In this document: piece after piece, positions 13,697 to 26,588 of the stretch
How positions within the stretch are numbered: the first letter of the stretch is position 1
Layout: each line of letters starts with the position of its first letter
Assembly (NCBI GenBank): GCA_030390025.1
Contig: CM059432.1
Location: 10,726,001-10,790,000 of the forward strand
Reading direction: 5' to 3'
DNA: 64,000 nucleotides
DNA from: Squalus acanthias
Lineage: Eukaryota
Translations under genes and position numbers: made by a program
The notes under the pieces: model-generated
Databases searched by the model: none
Seen by the model: the letters and a program-made list of their open reading frames with translations, nothing else
What the model was told of the DNA's origin: nothing

Positions 13697-14272
13697 ACAA
13701 GGTTATACAGGGCCTTGGTGAGACCACACCTGGAGTACTGTGTGCAGTTTTGGTCTCCTTACCTAAGAAAGGATATACTTGCCATAGAGGGAGTGCAGCG
13801 AAGGTTCACCAGACTGATTCCTGGGATGGCAGGACTGTCGTATGAGGAGAGATTGGGTCGACTAGGCCTGTATTCACTAGAGTTTAGAAGAATGAGAGGG
13901 GATCTCACTGAAACGTATAAAATTCTGACAGGGCTAGACAGACTGGATGCAGGGAGGATGTTTCCCCTGGCTGTGGGGGTCTAGAACGAGGGGTCACAGT
14001 CTCAGGGGTAGGACATTTAGGACTGAGATGAGGAGAAATTTCTTCACTCAGAGGGTGGTGAACCTGTGGAATTCTCTACCACAGAAGGCTGTGGAGGCCA
14101 AGTCACTGATTATATTTAAGAAGGAGATAGAGAGATTTCTAGATACAAAAGGCATCAAGGGGTATGGAGAGAGAGCGGGAATATGGTATTGAGATAGAGG
14201 ATCAGCCATGATCTTATTGAATGGCGGAGCAGGCTCGAACTGCCTACTCCTGCTCCTATTTTTCTATGTTTC
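13697..14272 (+). mobile_element. CR1 LINE 3' fragment
   Basis: [15 protein letters not shown] motif and CR1 3' UTR. Confidence 0.9.
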
Positions 14273-14594
14273 TAACAACAGGAAGCAGTCATTGGCAATT
14301 TTAACAAGGAAGGATGTCTCACGAATTCGACCCCGCAGGGAGCACAGAAAGACTTGGAGAAATTGTACTGGAATATCCACAGGTAGCTCATATATTTCTT
14401 GCAGCCGAATGCATATTTAAAGCAGCAAACTTGCTGCAGAAATGATGGCTACCTGCATTTGAACTTTCAAGTGATGAAGTTGTCTGGAATTATGTGAAGG
14501 TTACCTCCCCCTCCCACCATTCCCCCACCCCGCCCTCCCACCCCCCACCACTTCCCCTCAATTGCATGACACTTCATTTTTCTATTTACTTACA

Positions 14595-15232
14595 TTGTTA
14601 AAAAAGCATATGGGATCCTTGGCTTTATTAATAGAGGACTAGAGTACAAAAACAAGGAAGTCATGATAAACCTTTATAAAACACTGGTTAGGCCTGAGCT
14701 GCAGTGTTGTGCACAATTCTGGGCACCGCACTTTAGGAAGGATGTCAACACCTTGGAGAGGGTACAGAGGAGGTTTACCGGGATGGTACCAGGGATGAGG
14801 GAGTTCAGTTATGTGGAGAGATTGCAGAAGCTGGGATTGTTCTCCTCAGAGCTGAAAAGGTTAAGCTGAGCCCTAACAGAGAGGTATTCAAAATTATGAG
14901 GGGTTTTGATAGAGCAAGGAGGGAGAAACTGTTTCAAATGGTAAGTGGGTCGATGACCAGAGGTCACAGCTTTAAAATAATTGGCAAAAGAACTGCAGGG
15001 GAAATCAGGAGAAATTATTTCACTCAGAGGGTTGTTATGATCTGGAACACACTAGCCGAAAGGGTGGTAGAATCAGATTCCATGGGAGCTTTCAAAAGGC
15101 AATTGAACATGTACTCAAAGAGGACTCATTTGCAGGGTTATGAGGAGAAAGCTGGGGTGTGGGACTAAATTGGACAGCTCCATCAAAGAGACAACATAGG
15201 CACGACGGGCCAAATGGCCTCATTCTGTGATG
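14595..15232 (+). mobile_element. Older CR1 LINE 3' fragment
   Basis: LYKTLVRPELQCCAQFWAPH; degraded 3' end. Confidence 0.85.
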
Positions 15233-15381
15233 TATCTCAACTCTGCTTCCCTGCTTACAGGACAGGGCAGGACATAACTGAAGAGAGCAGATACGCACTG
15301 GGGAGAGGGCCCCATAATATTAAGCCCTAGAATTTCTTCAAGTTATTGGGGATGATTGTTATGAAGTGCTATGTAGGGTAG

Positions 15382-15881
15382 TTGGCTGCCCGTGTCCTAA
15401 CTCGCACCAAGTCCCGCTCACCCATCACCCCTGTGCTCGCTGACCTACATTGGCTCCCAGGTAAGCAATGCCTCGATTTCAAAATTCTCATCCTTGTTTT
15501 CAAATCCCTCCATGGCCTCGCCCCTCCCTATCTCTGTAATCTCCTTCAGCCCCACAACCCCCTCCGAGATATCTGCGCTCCTCTAATTCTGCCCTCTTGA
15601 GGATCCCTGATTATAATCGCTCAACCATTGGTGGCCGTGCCTTCTGTTGCCTAGGCCCTAAGCTCTGGAATTCCCTGCCTAAACCTCTTCGCCTCTCTAC
15701 CTCTCTTTCCTCCTTTAAGACGCTCCTTAAAACCTACCTCTTTGACCAAGCTTTTGGTCACCTGCCCTAATTTCTCCTTATGTGTCAAATTTTTTTTTTT
15801 GTCTTAAAATACTCCTGTGAAGCGCCTTGGGATGTTTTACTACGTTAAAGGCGCTATATAAATACAAGTTGTTGTTGTTGT
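15382..15881 (+). mobile_element. L2 LINE 3' fragment
   Basis: AARVLTRTK..SPITPVLADLHWLP..FKIL motif; (TTG)n tail. Confidence 0.85.
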
Positions 15882-17749
15882 GTAGTGGTGTCAGCCTTGG
15901 TTCAGTAGTAGCACCCTTGCCTCTGAATGAGAAGATGGTTCAAGTCCCACTCCAGAGACCTGAGCACATAATTCCAGGTTGATACTTCAGTTCAGTACTG
16001 AGAGAGTGCTTACAGAACTAGAGATGTGAATACAAGATTAGAAAACCTCAAAAGATTTAAAGATTGTTTTCCTACAGAAAGGTAGGTGGATTAAACTCCC
16101 CCAAAAAAGCTAACCCTAACCCAATTAAATTGGACATCAATTGATATCTGATCAGTATTGAAGGTCATGAGATGCAGGGAACCAAATATTCTGTGGTTCT
16201 CTCCTTTGGGCCTATAAAAACATCATCTAATTTTCAATACCCAGAATATTACTTCAAAGTACATCAGGCTGAAAGAACCAAAAGATATAACTTTAAATTA
16301 ATAAAAAGTAAGTTTAAAACCTTTACTGGGAAAAAAAATTCCTAATTCAAAATGAAATAAATGTTTGGAAAGCTAGGGTAATAGACACAAAGACATTGAA
16401 AGACTTGCATTTATGTAGCGCCTTTCACGACCACCAGACATCCCAAAGTGCTTTACAGCCACTGAAGTACTTTTTGAAGTGTAGTCACTGTTGTAATGTA
16501 GGAAAAGCAGCAGCCAATTTGCGCACAGCAAGCTCCCACAAACAGCAATGTGATAATGACCAGATAATCTGTTTTAGTGATGTTGATTGAGGGATAAATA
16601 TTGGCCCAGGACACAGGGGATAACTCCCCTGCTCTTGTTCAAAATAGTGCCATGGGATCTTTTACATCCACCTGAGAGAGCAGACGAGGCCTCAGTTTAC
16701 CATCTCATCCGAAAGACGGCACCCTCCGACAGTGCAGCACTCACTCAGTACTGCACTGGGGTGTCAGCCTAGATTTTTCTGCTCAAGTCTCTGGAGTGGG
16801 ACGTGAACCCACAACCTTCTGACTCAGAGGTGAGAGTGCTGCCCACTGAGCCATGGCTGGCATTCAAACTAAGTTAGATGCTGGGCTGAGAGTGTAAAGA
16901 TACTCGCTGGCCTGAATAGTTCTTTTATTACTTGAATTTGAAACACTTCCTTTTTAAAAAAGAAATCTAATGGAATTGAGTAGATTTTTGTGTGGCCGGC
17001 CCATGCTCCCAGCCCCAGCACTGGACAGGAGCAGTGCGCCCACAGTATACTATCCTTTGGAGGTTCGAGTGCCTGGCATTTTTCAAATTCGGGGCCATTT
17101 ACCTGGCTGGGGAGGCACCTCTGGTACCTCCCCTGCAGGGCTCAGCATCGGCAGAAGGGTCAAGAAACTAAGGCACAGCTTAGGCCTAGAGAGGCCTGTT
17201 GGATCTTGGAGGTTCAAGTGTGTGTCGGTATTTGTCCCCCGATAGAGCGCAGCAGCAAAGGAGGTCCTCGGGGTACGGGGTGGGGAGGGTGGGGGCGGGT
17301 GGGAGAGAGAGGGGAATCTTCCAACCAAAAACAAAGCCTGGCTGAAAGTCTCCTTGCTGCCCCCTGGAGCTGTCACCCACCGTCTAATCAGCAGGGATTC
17401 AGAGGGCAGGGTCCTGAAAAATGAAGTGGGAAGCCAGATGCGCCCTCTCCCTCCTCATCCACACAGCTCCAACCGACCTGTGCCTACTGCAGGCCACAGC
17501 CACGATCGACCACCGCCCCCTCCCCGCGCCCCCCCCCCCCCCACCTCATCCCGCACTCCTACCCTCAGGAAAACTCTACAGCTATGTAATGCCATGTCTC
17601 TGCTCCTTTTCCTTCACCATTACGTGTGGGGAAATGGGTGTTCCCTGGGTGTAAGGGTCAGGAAAATTGGCTTTATTTTTTTTTAATTTGTTCTTGGGAT
17701 GTGGGGCAACACTGGCAAGGCAGTTTTTATCGCTTATCTCTGGTTAATC

Positions 17750-19111
17750 TGAGGACAAGGGGGTGCAGGAACAGAGAGATCTGGGGGTATATGTGCACAA
17801 ATCATTGAGGGTGGCAGGGCAGGTTGAGAAAGCGGTTAAAAAAGCATACGGGATCCCGGGCTTCATAAATAGAGGCATGGGCTGGATTTTCATTGACCCG
17901 TGGAGGCGGGTTTGGAGGCATGTGGGGGGTTCAAATTGCGAAACTGGCGGGCGGGCACAAGTCCGCCTCCATCCCGCCTCCACGCAATTTTCATTAAATC
18001 GTGTCTGCTGGTCCCGACTCCGTCCCGCCTCTAAGAGGCGGGATAGGCTGTTAAGGCCCTTAACAAGCACTAAATTGCCTCTATAATGCTATTTTGAAAG
18101 GCCTTTGTGATTTTAACCCTTTTTCTACGTGAAGCACGCCTGTTCTGAACCACGAATGTGAAACCTGGCGGGAGCACATTTGGATAGCTGATTCTGGCTG
18201 GCTGTGGGGATGCATATATGGATGGATGGGGAGGAGACATATCTGGGAGCAGACTTAGGGCTGCTGCTGCTCATTTTGCAAAGGCCAGGCAGTCTCTGAA
18301 GACCTTCAATGCAGCAGCAATGATGACATCATCAGAGGCGACTTTCAAGCTGAAAACACTAATTGGTTCATGGGTTCCCACATGCTGGAACTCAATTGCC
18401 CAATTAGGTGAAAAGTGCATCAATCTCCCACATCCAATTGCAGTCGGATGGATAACACGAAAAGTGGATGACACGACCCCAACTCGCCCCAGTATCAAAA
18501 TCCAGCCCATAGAGTACGAAAACAAGGAAGTTATGATGAACCTTTATAAAACATTGGTTCGGCCACAACTGGAGTATTCTGGGCACCACACTTTAGGAAG
18601 GGTGTGAAGGCCTTAGAGAAGGTGCAGAAAAGATTTACAAGAATGGTTCCAGGGTTGAGGGACTTCAGTTACGTGGATAGACTGGAGAAGCTGGGGTTGT
18701 TCTCCTTAGAACAGAGAAGAGTGAGAGGAGATTTGATAGAGGTGCTCAAAATCATGAGGGGTCTAGACAGAGTAGATAGAGAGAAACTGTTCCCATTGGC
18801 AGAAAGGTCGAGAACCAGAGGACACAGATTTAAGGTAATTGGCAGAAGAACCAAAGGCGACATGAGGAAAAACTTTTTTACACAGCGAGTGGTTATGATC
18901 TGGAATGCACTGCCTGAAAGGGTGGTGGAGGCAGACTCAATCGTGGCTTTCAAAAGGGAATTGGATGTGTATCTGACGGAAAAGAAATTGCAGGGCTACG
19001 GGGAAAGAGCGGGGGAGTGGGACTAGCTGAAGTGCTCTTGCAGAGAGCTGGCACGGGCTCGATGGGCCGAATGGCCTCCTTCTGTGCTGTAACCATTCTA
19101 TGATTCTATGA
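17750..19111 (+). mobile_element. CR1 LINE 3' part split by MITE 17879-18508
   Basis: RDLGVYVHKSL before the MITE and ORF 18604-19026 after it; (ATTCTATG) tail. Confidence 0.88.
17879..18508. mobile_element. Harbinger/PHIS-type MITE (family B)
   Basis: TIRs GGGCTGGATTTT / AAAATCCAGCCC; short AT(A) duplication; ends homologous to 35150-35993. Confidence 0.8.
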
Positions 19112-20409
19112 TTAAGTCAATCACATAGTGTGGGACTGGAGTCATGTGTAGGATAGGGCCATTAGGGCTGGCAAGCCCTTTCCCTGAATGACATTAGTGA
19201 ATGTGTTGGAGTTTTACAACAAGCTGCCATTTTTCTGGTGCCAACCCATAAATTGCGAGATTTATTGAATACAATTCGCAACTTGCCATGGTAGGATTTG
19301 AACTCACGACCATGGGCTGCTAGACACCAATAACATTGAGTCAGTTGGGTTATATTTTGTGTGTTTCTTCCTATTGTTAACCATGCTGAACCACCGCACA
19401 CCACCGCACCCACCCCCCCATCCCCCACACCCTCACTCTGTACTGAGTCAGTGTTGCACTGTCAGAGGTGCCGTCGTTCAGATGAGATGTTAAACCGAAG
19501 CCCCGTCTGCTCTCTGAGGTGGACGTAAAAGATCCCATGGCACTAATTCGAAGAAGAGCAGGGGAGTTATCCCCGGTGTCCTGGCCAATATTTATCCCTC
19601 AATCAACATAACAAAAGCAGATTATCTGGTCATTATCACATTGCTGTTTGTGGGAGCTTGCTGTGCACAAATTGGCTGCCGCGTTTCCTACAACAGTGGC
19701 TACACTTCAAAAATACTTCATTGGCTGTAAAGCGCTTTGGGACATCTGGTAGTCATGAAAGGCGCTGTATAAATGCAAGTCTTTCTTTCTTTTTCCTCAT
19801 TCATTGCAAAACTCCATGGTCTAGAATGTCAAGATGTTTACCCCCATGTCCATTAGACCTCATCCAACCCTGATATTTATCTTGTAAATCCTAAATTTGC
19901 TGATTTTCATTTTCATCGTCATCCAACAGAATTTCTCCAGCAATTAAGACTAATTTGTAGAGTCTCCTTATAGCTTAACAGGTAGCTACACCGAGTGGTG
20001 TGGCAGTGAGCTATTCAGATTATGAAGCCCCTGGGTTTGCTTCCTGGTCTGTGCCAGGTTAGCCAAACTCACAAAAAACAGGAGCACTATCACGTGGTCT
20101 TAGTGTCCTTAGTGTCTGGCAAAGCCTCAATTTTAAAATCCTCATCCTTGTTTTCAAACCCCTCCATGGCCTCACCCCTCCCTATCTCTGTAACCTCCTC
20201 CGCCCCTACAACCCTCCGAGATCTCTGCGCTCCTCCAATTCTGGCCTCTTGCGCAACCCCGATTTTAATCGCTCCACCATTAGCGGCCGTGCCTTCAGCT
20301 GCCGAGGCCCTAAGCTCTGTAATTCTCTTCCTAAACCTCTCCCCGCCTCTCTACCTCTCTCTCCTTTAAGACACTCCTTAAAACCTACCTCTTGGTCATC
20401 AGTCCTAAT

Positions 20410-21174
20410 GGCCCAGAAATTAAACATCGATGGTTCCCGCGGGGGTAAGGATTCCCCGCGATATCGCACTCTGCGCCTACCTTTTTGTTTCGGGCCCACA
20501 CGAATTTCAGTTTCAGGGCCTCTCCCTGTTGCCAGCGTGCAGTGCTTGCGTGTCCCAGAGGCGCAATTAGTTCGTGCGAGCTCTGGGATCACGTGATTCA
20601 GTTAGAGCCAATGGCAGCACACCATCTTTCATTCATAGTTTTGACAGCAAGGGCTGTCAAAGCTATGAATACTACAAGCCCCCAAAAGAACAGCTAAACC
20701 TCAATTAAATTTAAAAAAAAGCCATCACATTAATAAAATAACTATAGTTAAATAAATTAACCACTTTAAACAAAAAATAAAATTTTTGAAAAAATTTAAA
20801 ATCTTTTTAAAAGTTATAAAAATAAACTTACCTTTCTTTAAAGTCTCTAAAAAAGATAAACCTGTTGAAAAAAATTTAAAATAACACTTAATTAACTACT
20901 TACCTTGTTAAAAGGGGGTCCTACGCCTGCTTTCTTTATGTGTAAAATCTTCAACACTTACCTGCGCGTTCAAACCTGAAAAAAAAACTAAGTGCACTGC
21001 GTGCGCGCAACCTGTAGCGCGCACGCGGTTCACTTAGGAACCGCCCCCTTTGCAATACACGAAGTGCCGGTTTCCCGCGCATGTGCAGTGCATGCAGGAA
21101 ACCGGCAATTCTGGAACTAATACGCGAGAGTACACAGTGCGTACTCTCGCGTATTAGGTCTAATTTTCAGGGCC
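20410..21174. mobile_element. Harbinger-type MITE (family A) inserted in an L2 3' end
   Basis: TIRs GGCCCAGAAATTA / TAATTTTCAGGGCC; AAT TSD; the flanks rejoin as an L2 tail. Confidence 0.82.
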
Positions 21175-21912
21175 AATATCTCCTCATGTGGCTCGGTGTC
21201 AAATTTTGTTTGATAACGCTCCTGTGAAGCGCCTTGGGACATTTTAGTACGTTAAAGGTGCTATATAAATGCAAGTTGTTGTTGAGTAAGGAGTGGAAAA
21301 ATTAGTGAGGATCCCTGCTGCTGATCTTTATACAGTAATTCATATTCAACGTGCATATGAATAAATGCCTGATGAGGATGCGGTCATGTTCAGGTGTGAT
21401 GATCCCCATGGTCAGTAGCACGCCAGGAATCATTGTACAGACATGAAGAATGCCTTCTTGGAAAGGCGTCAGAAGACCATGAGGGAAAAAAACATTTGAA
21501 AGTCAAAGAAAGCTTTTTTTTTTAAGAAATGGAGCAAGCTTAAACATTACTACAAGCAGAAACACCAATGACCAGGGGGCATAGATTTAAAGTAATTGGT
21601 CGGAGGTTTAGAGGGGAGTTGTGGAGAAATGTTTTCGCCCAGAGGGTGGTGGGGGTCTGGAAGGGTTGTAGAGGCAGAAACCCTCATCACATTTAAAAAG
21701 TACTTGAAGTGCCGTAACCTATAGGGCTACGGACCAAGAGCTGGAAAGTGGGAATTTTTTTTTAATTCTTTCATAGGATGTGGGCGTCGCTGGCAAAGCC
21801 AGCATTTATTGCCCATCCCTAATTGCCCTTGAGAAGGTGGTGGTGAGCTGCCTTCTTGAACCACAGAGGGCAGTTAAGAGTCAACCACATTGCTGTTGGT
21901 CTGGAGTCACAT

Positions 21913-22337
21913 ATAGAAACATAGAAACATAGAAGATAGGAGCAGGAGTAGGCCATTCGGCCCCTTGAGCCTGCTCCACCATTCAATGCGATCATGGCTG
22001 ATCATCCAAATTCAGTACCCTGTCCCTGCTTTCTCCCATATCCCTTGATCCCCTTAGCCTTAAGAAATATATCTAACTCCTTCTTGAATATATTTAATGA
22101 ATTGGACTCAACTGTCTTCTGTGGTAGAGAATTCCACAGATTCACCACTTTCTGGGTGAAGAAATTCCTCCTCATCTCAGTCCTAAATGGCTTACCCCTT
22201 ATCCTTAGACTGTGACCCCTGGTTCTGGACTCCCCCACCATCGGGAACATCCTTCCTGCATCTAGTCTGTCTAGTCCTGTTAGAATTTTATAAGTATCAA
22301 TGAGATCCCCTCTCATTCTTCTAAACTCTAGCGAATA
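21913..22337 (-). mobile_element. CR1 3' fragment inserted in a SINE
   Basis: ORF 22002-22316; same subfamily as 998-2721. Confidence 0.9.
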
Positions 22338-24493
22338 TATAGGCCAAACTGGGTAAGGACGGCAGATTTCCTTCTCTAAAGGACATTAGTGAACCAGATG
22401 GGTTTTTAATGACTATCCGCCATTACTGATGCTAGCCTTTTATTCCAGATTTATTAAATTATTTTGAATTTAAATTCCCCAGCTGCTATGGTGGGATTAT
22501 GAACTCATGTCTCCGGATCATTAGTCCAGGCCTCTGGATTACTAGTCCAGGAACATAACCACTATGCTAAATACCCCACGGATACATAACTTGCCTCTGG
22601 TAAAAAGCATAACCAGCTCATGAATTATCAGCCTATTTAAGGGATTAAAAAATGTTTCCCCATCTTCTACTGGTATGTTTTGAAGACTGGTAACTACCAG
22701 AAAATAGATTTATGCAAATATTTTAGATTGTCATCACTGTAAAGCAAAATAATTGTTTCCCCAGCTGCCTGTGGTGGGATTTGAACTCATATCTCTGAGA
22801 TCATTAATCCCAGCCTCTGGATTACTAGTCCAGTAACATAACCACTATGCTACCATACCCAATTAGGGTGAATAGTTCTTTGTCGGCCGGCACGGACAAG
22901 ATGGGCCGAATGGCCTCCTTCTGTGCTGTATGATTCTATGATTCTACAATGCTCACTGTGTAGCTTGTCTTCACCCTGCGGGGAGAGACCCATCCTTCCC
23001 TAGCGTCTCCTCACACACCACAGCTGACACCAGGGAGTCAGCAGAGTGGGAACATGAATTGGCGCATAGGCATCGTAAAGAAGATAGGGGACGGCCCTGT
23101 CTCATTCCTGGCAGGAAGGGCTGAGAGCAGTCTGTCCACCAGGTTCGCTGCCTGTTGTGTTTTATACATGATTTAAATCCAATTTACAAAATTCTGGTCC
23201 AATCCGGATTTTCACAGCGCATAAGAACAGTTAACAACCACTTTATCAGATTGCTGAGTATTTTCAGCATTTTTCTGTGTTTATTTCAGATTTCGAGCAT
23301 CTGCAGTATTTCGCTTTACTATATCAGATCACGGCCTTCTGTGTCTGTGATCGCTACCTCCCTCTTTATCAACTGCTACCTAATGTGATTCACTTGCAGA
23401 GCACTATCAGCTGAGCAAGATGCTTCGAGATTTCAACATTTGGAACATGTTATTTAAAAAGCTGTGCAGACAAAAGAAAAACCAGTTTTCTCCACTCAAC
23501 CACAGACAGCAGTCTGTGCCAGTGAAAGGGGCAAAACAAGTCCAAACAGATAAATGGAAAGACTCACTGAATAATTTTCATGATCAGAATGACTCTTCCA
23601 GCATGCTTTATCGTGGAAATGGGGAGCAGGCAGAGAACCAACTCAGGCATGGCAAATAGCCAGGGTCTTTAATTAGGTGAAGGAGTACTCTTCCCTAGGG
23701 TAGATTTACAACTGGTTTGGTAAAAGATCATTCGATTTCCTGCGTCTCGCGCTGTTTTTACTGACTTTTTAATCATTCTAACATTTACCGTGCGCACTGC
23801 ACGACAATTATCTTCAGTCAGCAACCGGGGGAACATCTGGAAGCAGTGCGCGGGGGGCGAATGGTTCTTTGCGATTGTGAATTGTTAATTTGATGCCAGG
23901 CGTAGTTGTAGTCATAAGAACATAAAAGAATTAGGAGCAGGAGGAGGCCATTTGGGCCCCTCGAGCCTGCTCCGCCATTCGATAAGATCATGGCTGATCT
24001 GATCTTGGCCTCAACTCCCACTTTCCTGCCCGCTCCCCATAACCCACGTCCAACAATATTCCATCTAAATTTTTTATTTGGGGTGGGGGAGCCTTTAACG
24101 GCTGCGCGGCCCATTCAAAATTCCATTTTTTTTCCATTTAAAAGCCAGTGAGCCAGCTGCGCGGGAGCTCCAGAACGCTGCACGGCTGCACGGCTTAAAG
24201 GGAACATTGGCCGTGTCCCTCCGAAGAAAGTGCCCTGGATTTAATGGTGACCATGGAGATTTAGAGAGAACATCTTATTGGTGGCAGGAGAGGTAACAAC
24301 AGCTTCCGTATCGATGAACATACAAAATTGATGAGCAGGAAAAGACCAGATGGTCCATCAAGCCTGCCCCACACCTCATCATGGCAGGAGCATTATGATT
24401 AGACACTTCCTAACAACCCCCCGCAGCCATGTAACCTCCTTGGAGAGGCAAAAAAAAACACAGAAAAAAAAATCCACGGCCAATAATAACATC

Positions 24494-25000
24494 GATGTGG
24501 AGATGTCGGTGTTGGACTGGGGTGGACAAATGTGAGAAGTTGCACAACACCAGGTTATAGTCCAACAACTTTATTTGAAATCACAAGCTTTCGGAGCGCT
24601 GCTCCTTCGTCAGGTGAAGTGAAGAGATGCATATAGACACAGCATATATAGTCAGAGAACACTGCCAGATGATTACAGTTAATCTTTCTAACTGCCCTTT
24701 ATCACACCTCGGCAGAGAGATAATCACGGCAATCAAAGGTGTGGATGGTGTCCAAACAGTTCAGTCAGACCTGTTTGAACACCATCCACACCTTTGATTG
24801 CCGTGATTATCTCTCTGCCGAGGTGTGATAAAGGCCAGTTAGAAAGATTAACTGTAATCATCTGGCAGTGTTCTCTGACTATATATATGCTGTGCCTATA
24901 TGCATCTCTTCACTTCACCTGACGAAGGAGCAGCGCGCCGAAAGCTTGTGATTTCAAATAAAGCTGTTGGACTATAACCTGGTGTTGTGCGACTTCTCAC
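24494..25000. mobile_element. Penelope-type fold-back element (~230-bp inverted arms) carrying hammerhead motifs
   Basis: Arms 24531-24759 and 24771-25001 are near-perfect reverse complements; AATAATAACATC duplicated at 24482-24493 and 25001-25012. Confidence 0.8.
24581..24617 (-). ncRNA. Minimal type-I hammerhead ribozyme motif (inverted copy at 24915-24951, plus strand)
   Basis: UCAC-CUGACGA-A-GGAGC(AGC)GCUCC-GAAA-GC-UU-GUGA: core boxes, stem I UCAC/GUGA, stem II, palindromic AAGCUU helix III. Activity untested. Confidence 0.6.
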
Positions 25001-25778
25001 AATAATAACATCAATAGTTTGTATTTATATAGCACCTTTAATGTAGTAAAATGTCCCAAGGTGCTTCACAGGAGCGTAATCAAACACAATTTGACACTGA
25101 GCCACATAAGGAGGAACTAGGACAGGTGACCAAAAGTTTGGTCAAAGAGGTAGGTTTTAAGGAGGGCTTTAATGGGGGAGAGGTAGAGAGGTAGAGCTGT
25201 TTAGGGGGGGAATTCCAGAGTTTAGGGCCAAGGCAGCTGAAGGCGCGGCCGTCAATGGGTGGAGCGAAGAATATCGGGGATGCGCAAGAGGAGGAGCGTA
25301 GAGATCTCGGAGGGTTGTCGGGCTGGAGGAGGTCACAGAGATAGGGAGGGAAAAACTACTCTGGAAAATTCCACTCCGACCTCCTCAGAAAATCCAGATC
25401 ACACGGACAAAGTGTTAGCGATAAATCCAGTTGCCTGCTACATGATGCGATATCTGCCCCAGTCAAGAACCAGTCCAGCTGCCGCTTGAAGGCATGCAGA
25501 GCGTCAACATGCACCACACCAGCTGGCAACGTAGTCCAGAGGCATCATCATCCACCATATTACCAGAGAACTTAAAAAGTTGTGTGACAGGCTGGTAACA
25601 TTACTGGACCTGCCCCTTATCAAGCACCCTCTCTCCTTCCTGAAACCCCCACAGCCTCCAATTCTTGAAGACTGAGGTAAGTTAGAAATTGGGTAAGGAG
25701 GTCAGCCTTGGCTCAGTGGGTAGCAGTCACACCTCTGAGTCAGAAGGTTGTAGATTCAAGTCCCACACCAGAGACTTG

Positions 25779-26588
25779 GGGGGCGATTTTCTCAGCCCCG
25801 AGGAGGCGGGTATGGAGGCAGGACTGCCGGGAAAATGGCAGAATTTGGGGGCGGGTGGCAAACCCGCCCCCAACCCGCCTCCATGCCATCTTGCCAGGAG
25901 GCGGGTAGCTGTCCCACGCCGGGTCCCGTCTCCTTGGAGGTGGGAATGGATTAAAGCCTATTAACTGCCTGTTAACAGTTAGTTAACAGGCAGAAAATAG
26001 GATTATCCCCTTTTTGCCCTCACAAGTGCGGGGTTCCCAGTTCAGTGAGGCGAGTACTGGGTCTGTGGGGGTCGGGGGTGCAAAAGTGTGGTGTGAAGGT
26101 AAGTGATGGGTGCAAGAGTGTAGAGGTGAGTATCTGAGGTAAGTCCTAAGTGTTTTTAAAGGTGTACTTACCTTTATTTCTTCCTGCAGGCTTCAGTCGG
26201 TTTCTATGCGGAGAGTCTCACACCTCCGTGTTGCAGATGAGAGATGTCCGTTGCATTCTCAGATGCAACAAACATCTCAATTCTGTCAAAGAAAGAAGGT
26301 TGATGAGGTCTTGTATGCAAGACCTCATCAAACTGCAGAGATTGTCACTGTTTGACAGCTTCACAGAGCTGTAAAACGATGACAATTTGACAGATGACAC
26401 GTCATACGTTGTTGACGTGCTTTGCAACCGGCTTTCCCTTAATTGACCTGCTAAGCCCGCTGAGCAGGCTTAACAAGGTCAATCAAGGGAAAATAGCGTG
26501 GGTTAGCCACAACTCGATGGAGGCGGGACTGAAACCCGACAAGCAGCAGTCCCACCTCCAACTCGCCTCCATTCACAAAATCGCCCCC
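25779..26588. mobile_element. Harbinger/PHIS-type MITE (related to family B) inserted in a Deu-SINE head
   Basis: TIRs GGGGGCGATTTT / AAAATCGCCCCC; internally colinear with 35150-35993; TSD ambiguous. Confidence 0.8.

Noticed and set aside
24053..24209. Small hAT-like element with CAATRTTCC inverted ends
   Set aside because: The TIRs are imperfect and I found no TSD, so support is too weak.
25701..25770. tRNA gene (A and B boxes)
   Set aside because: It is the tRNA-derived head of a SINE, continuous with the SINE body.
26218..26427. ORF faintly resembling a HARBI1 transposase N-terminus
   Set aside because: It lies in palindromic MITE sequence and the frame is not preserved in the related copy at 35150-35993.
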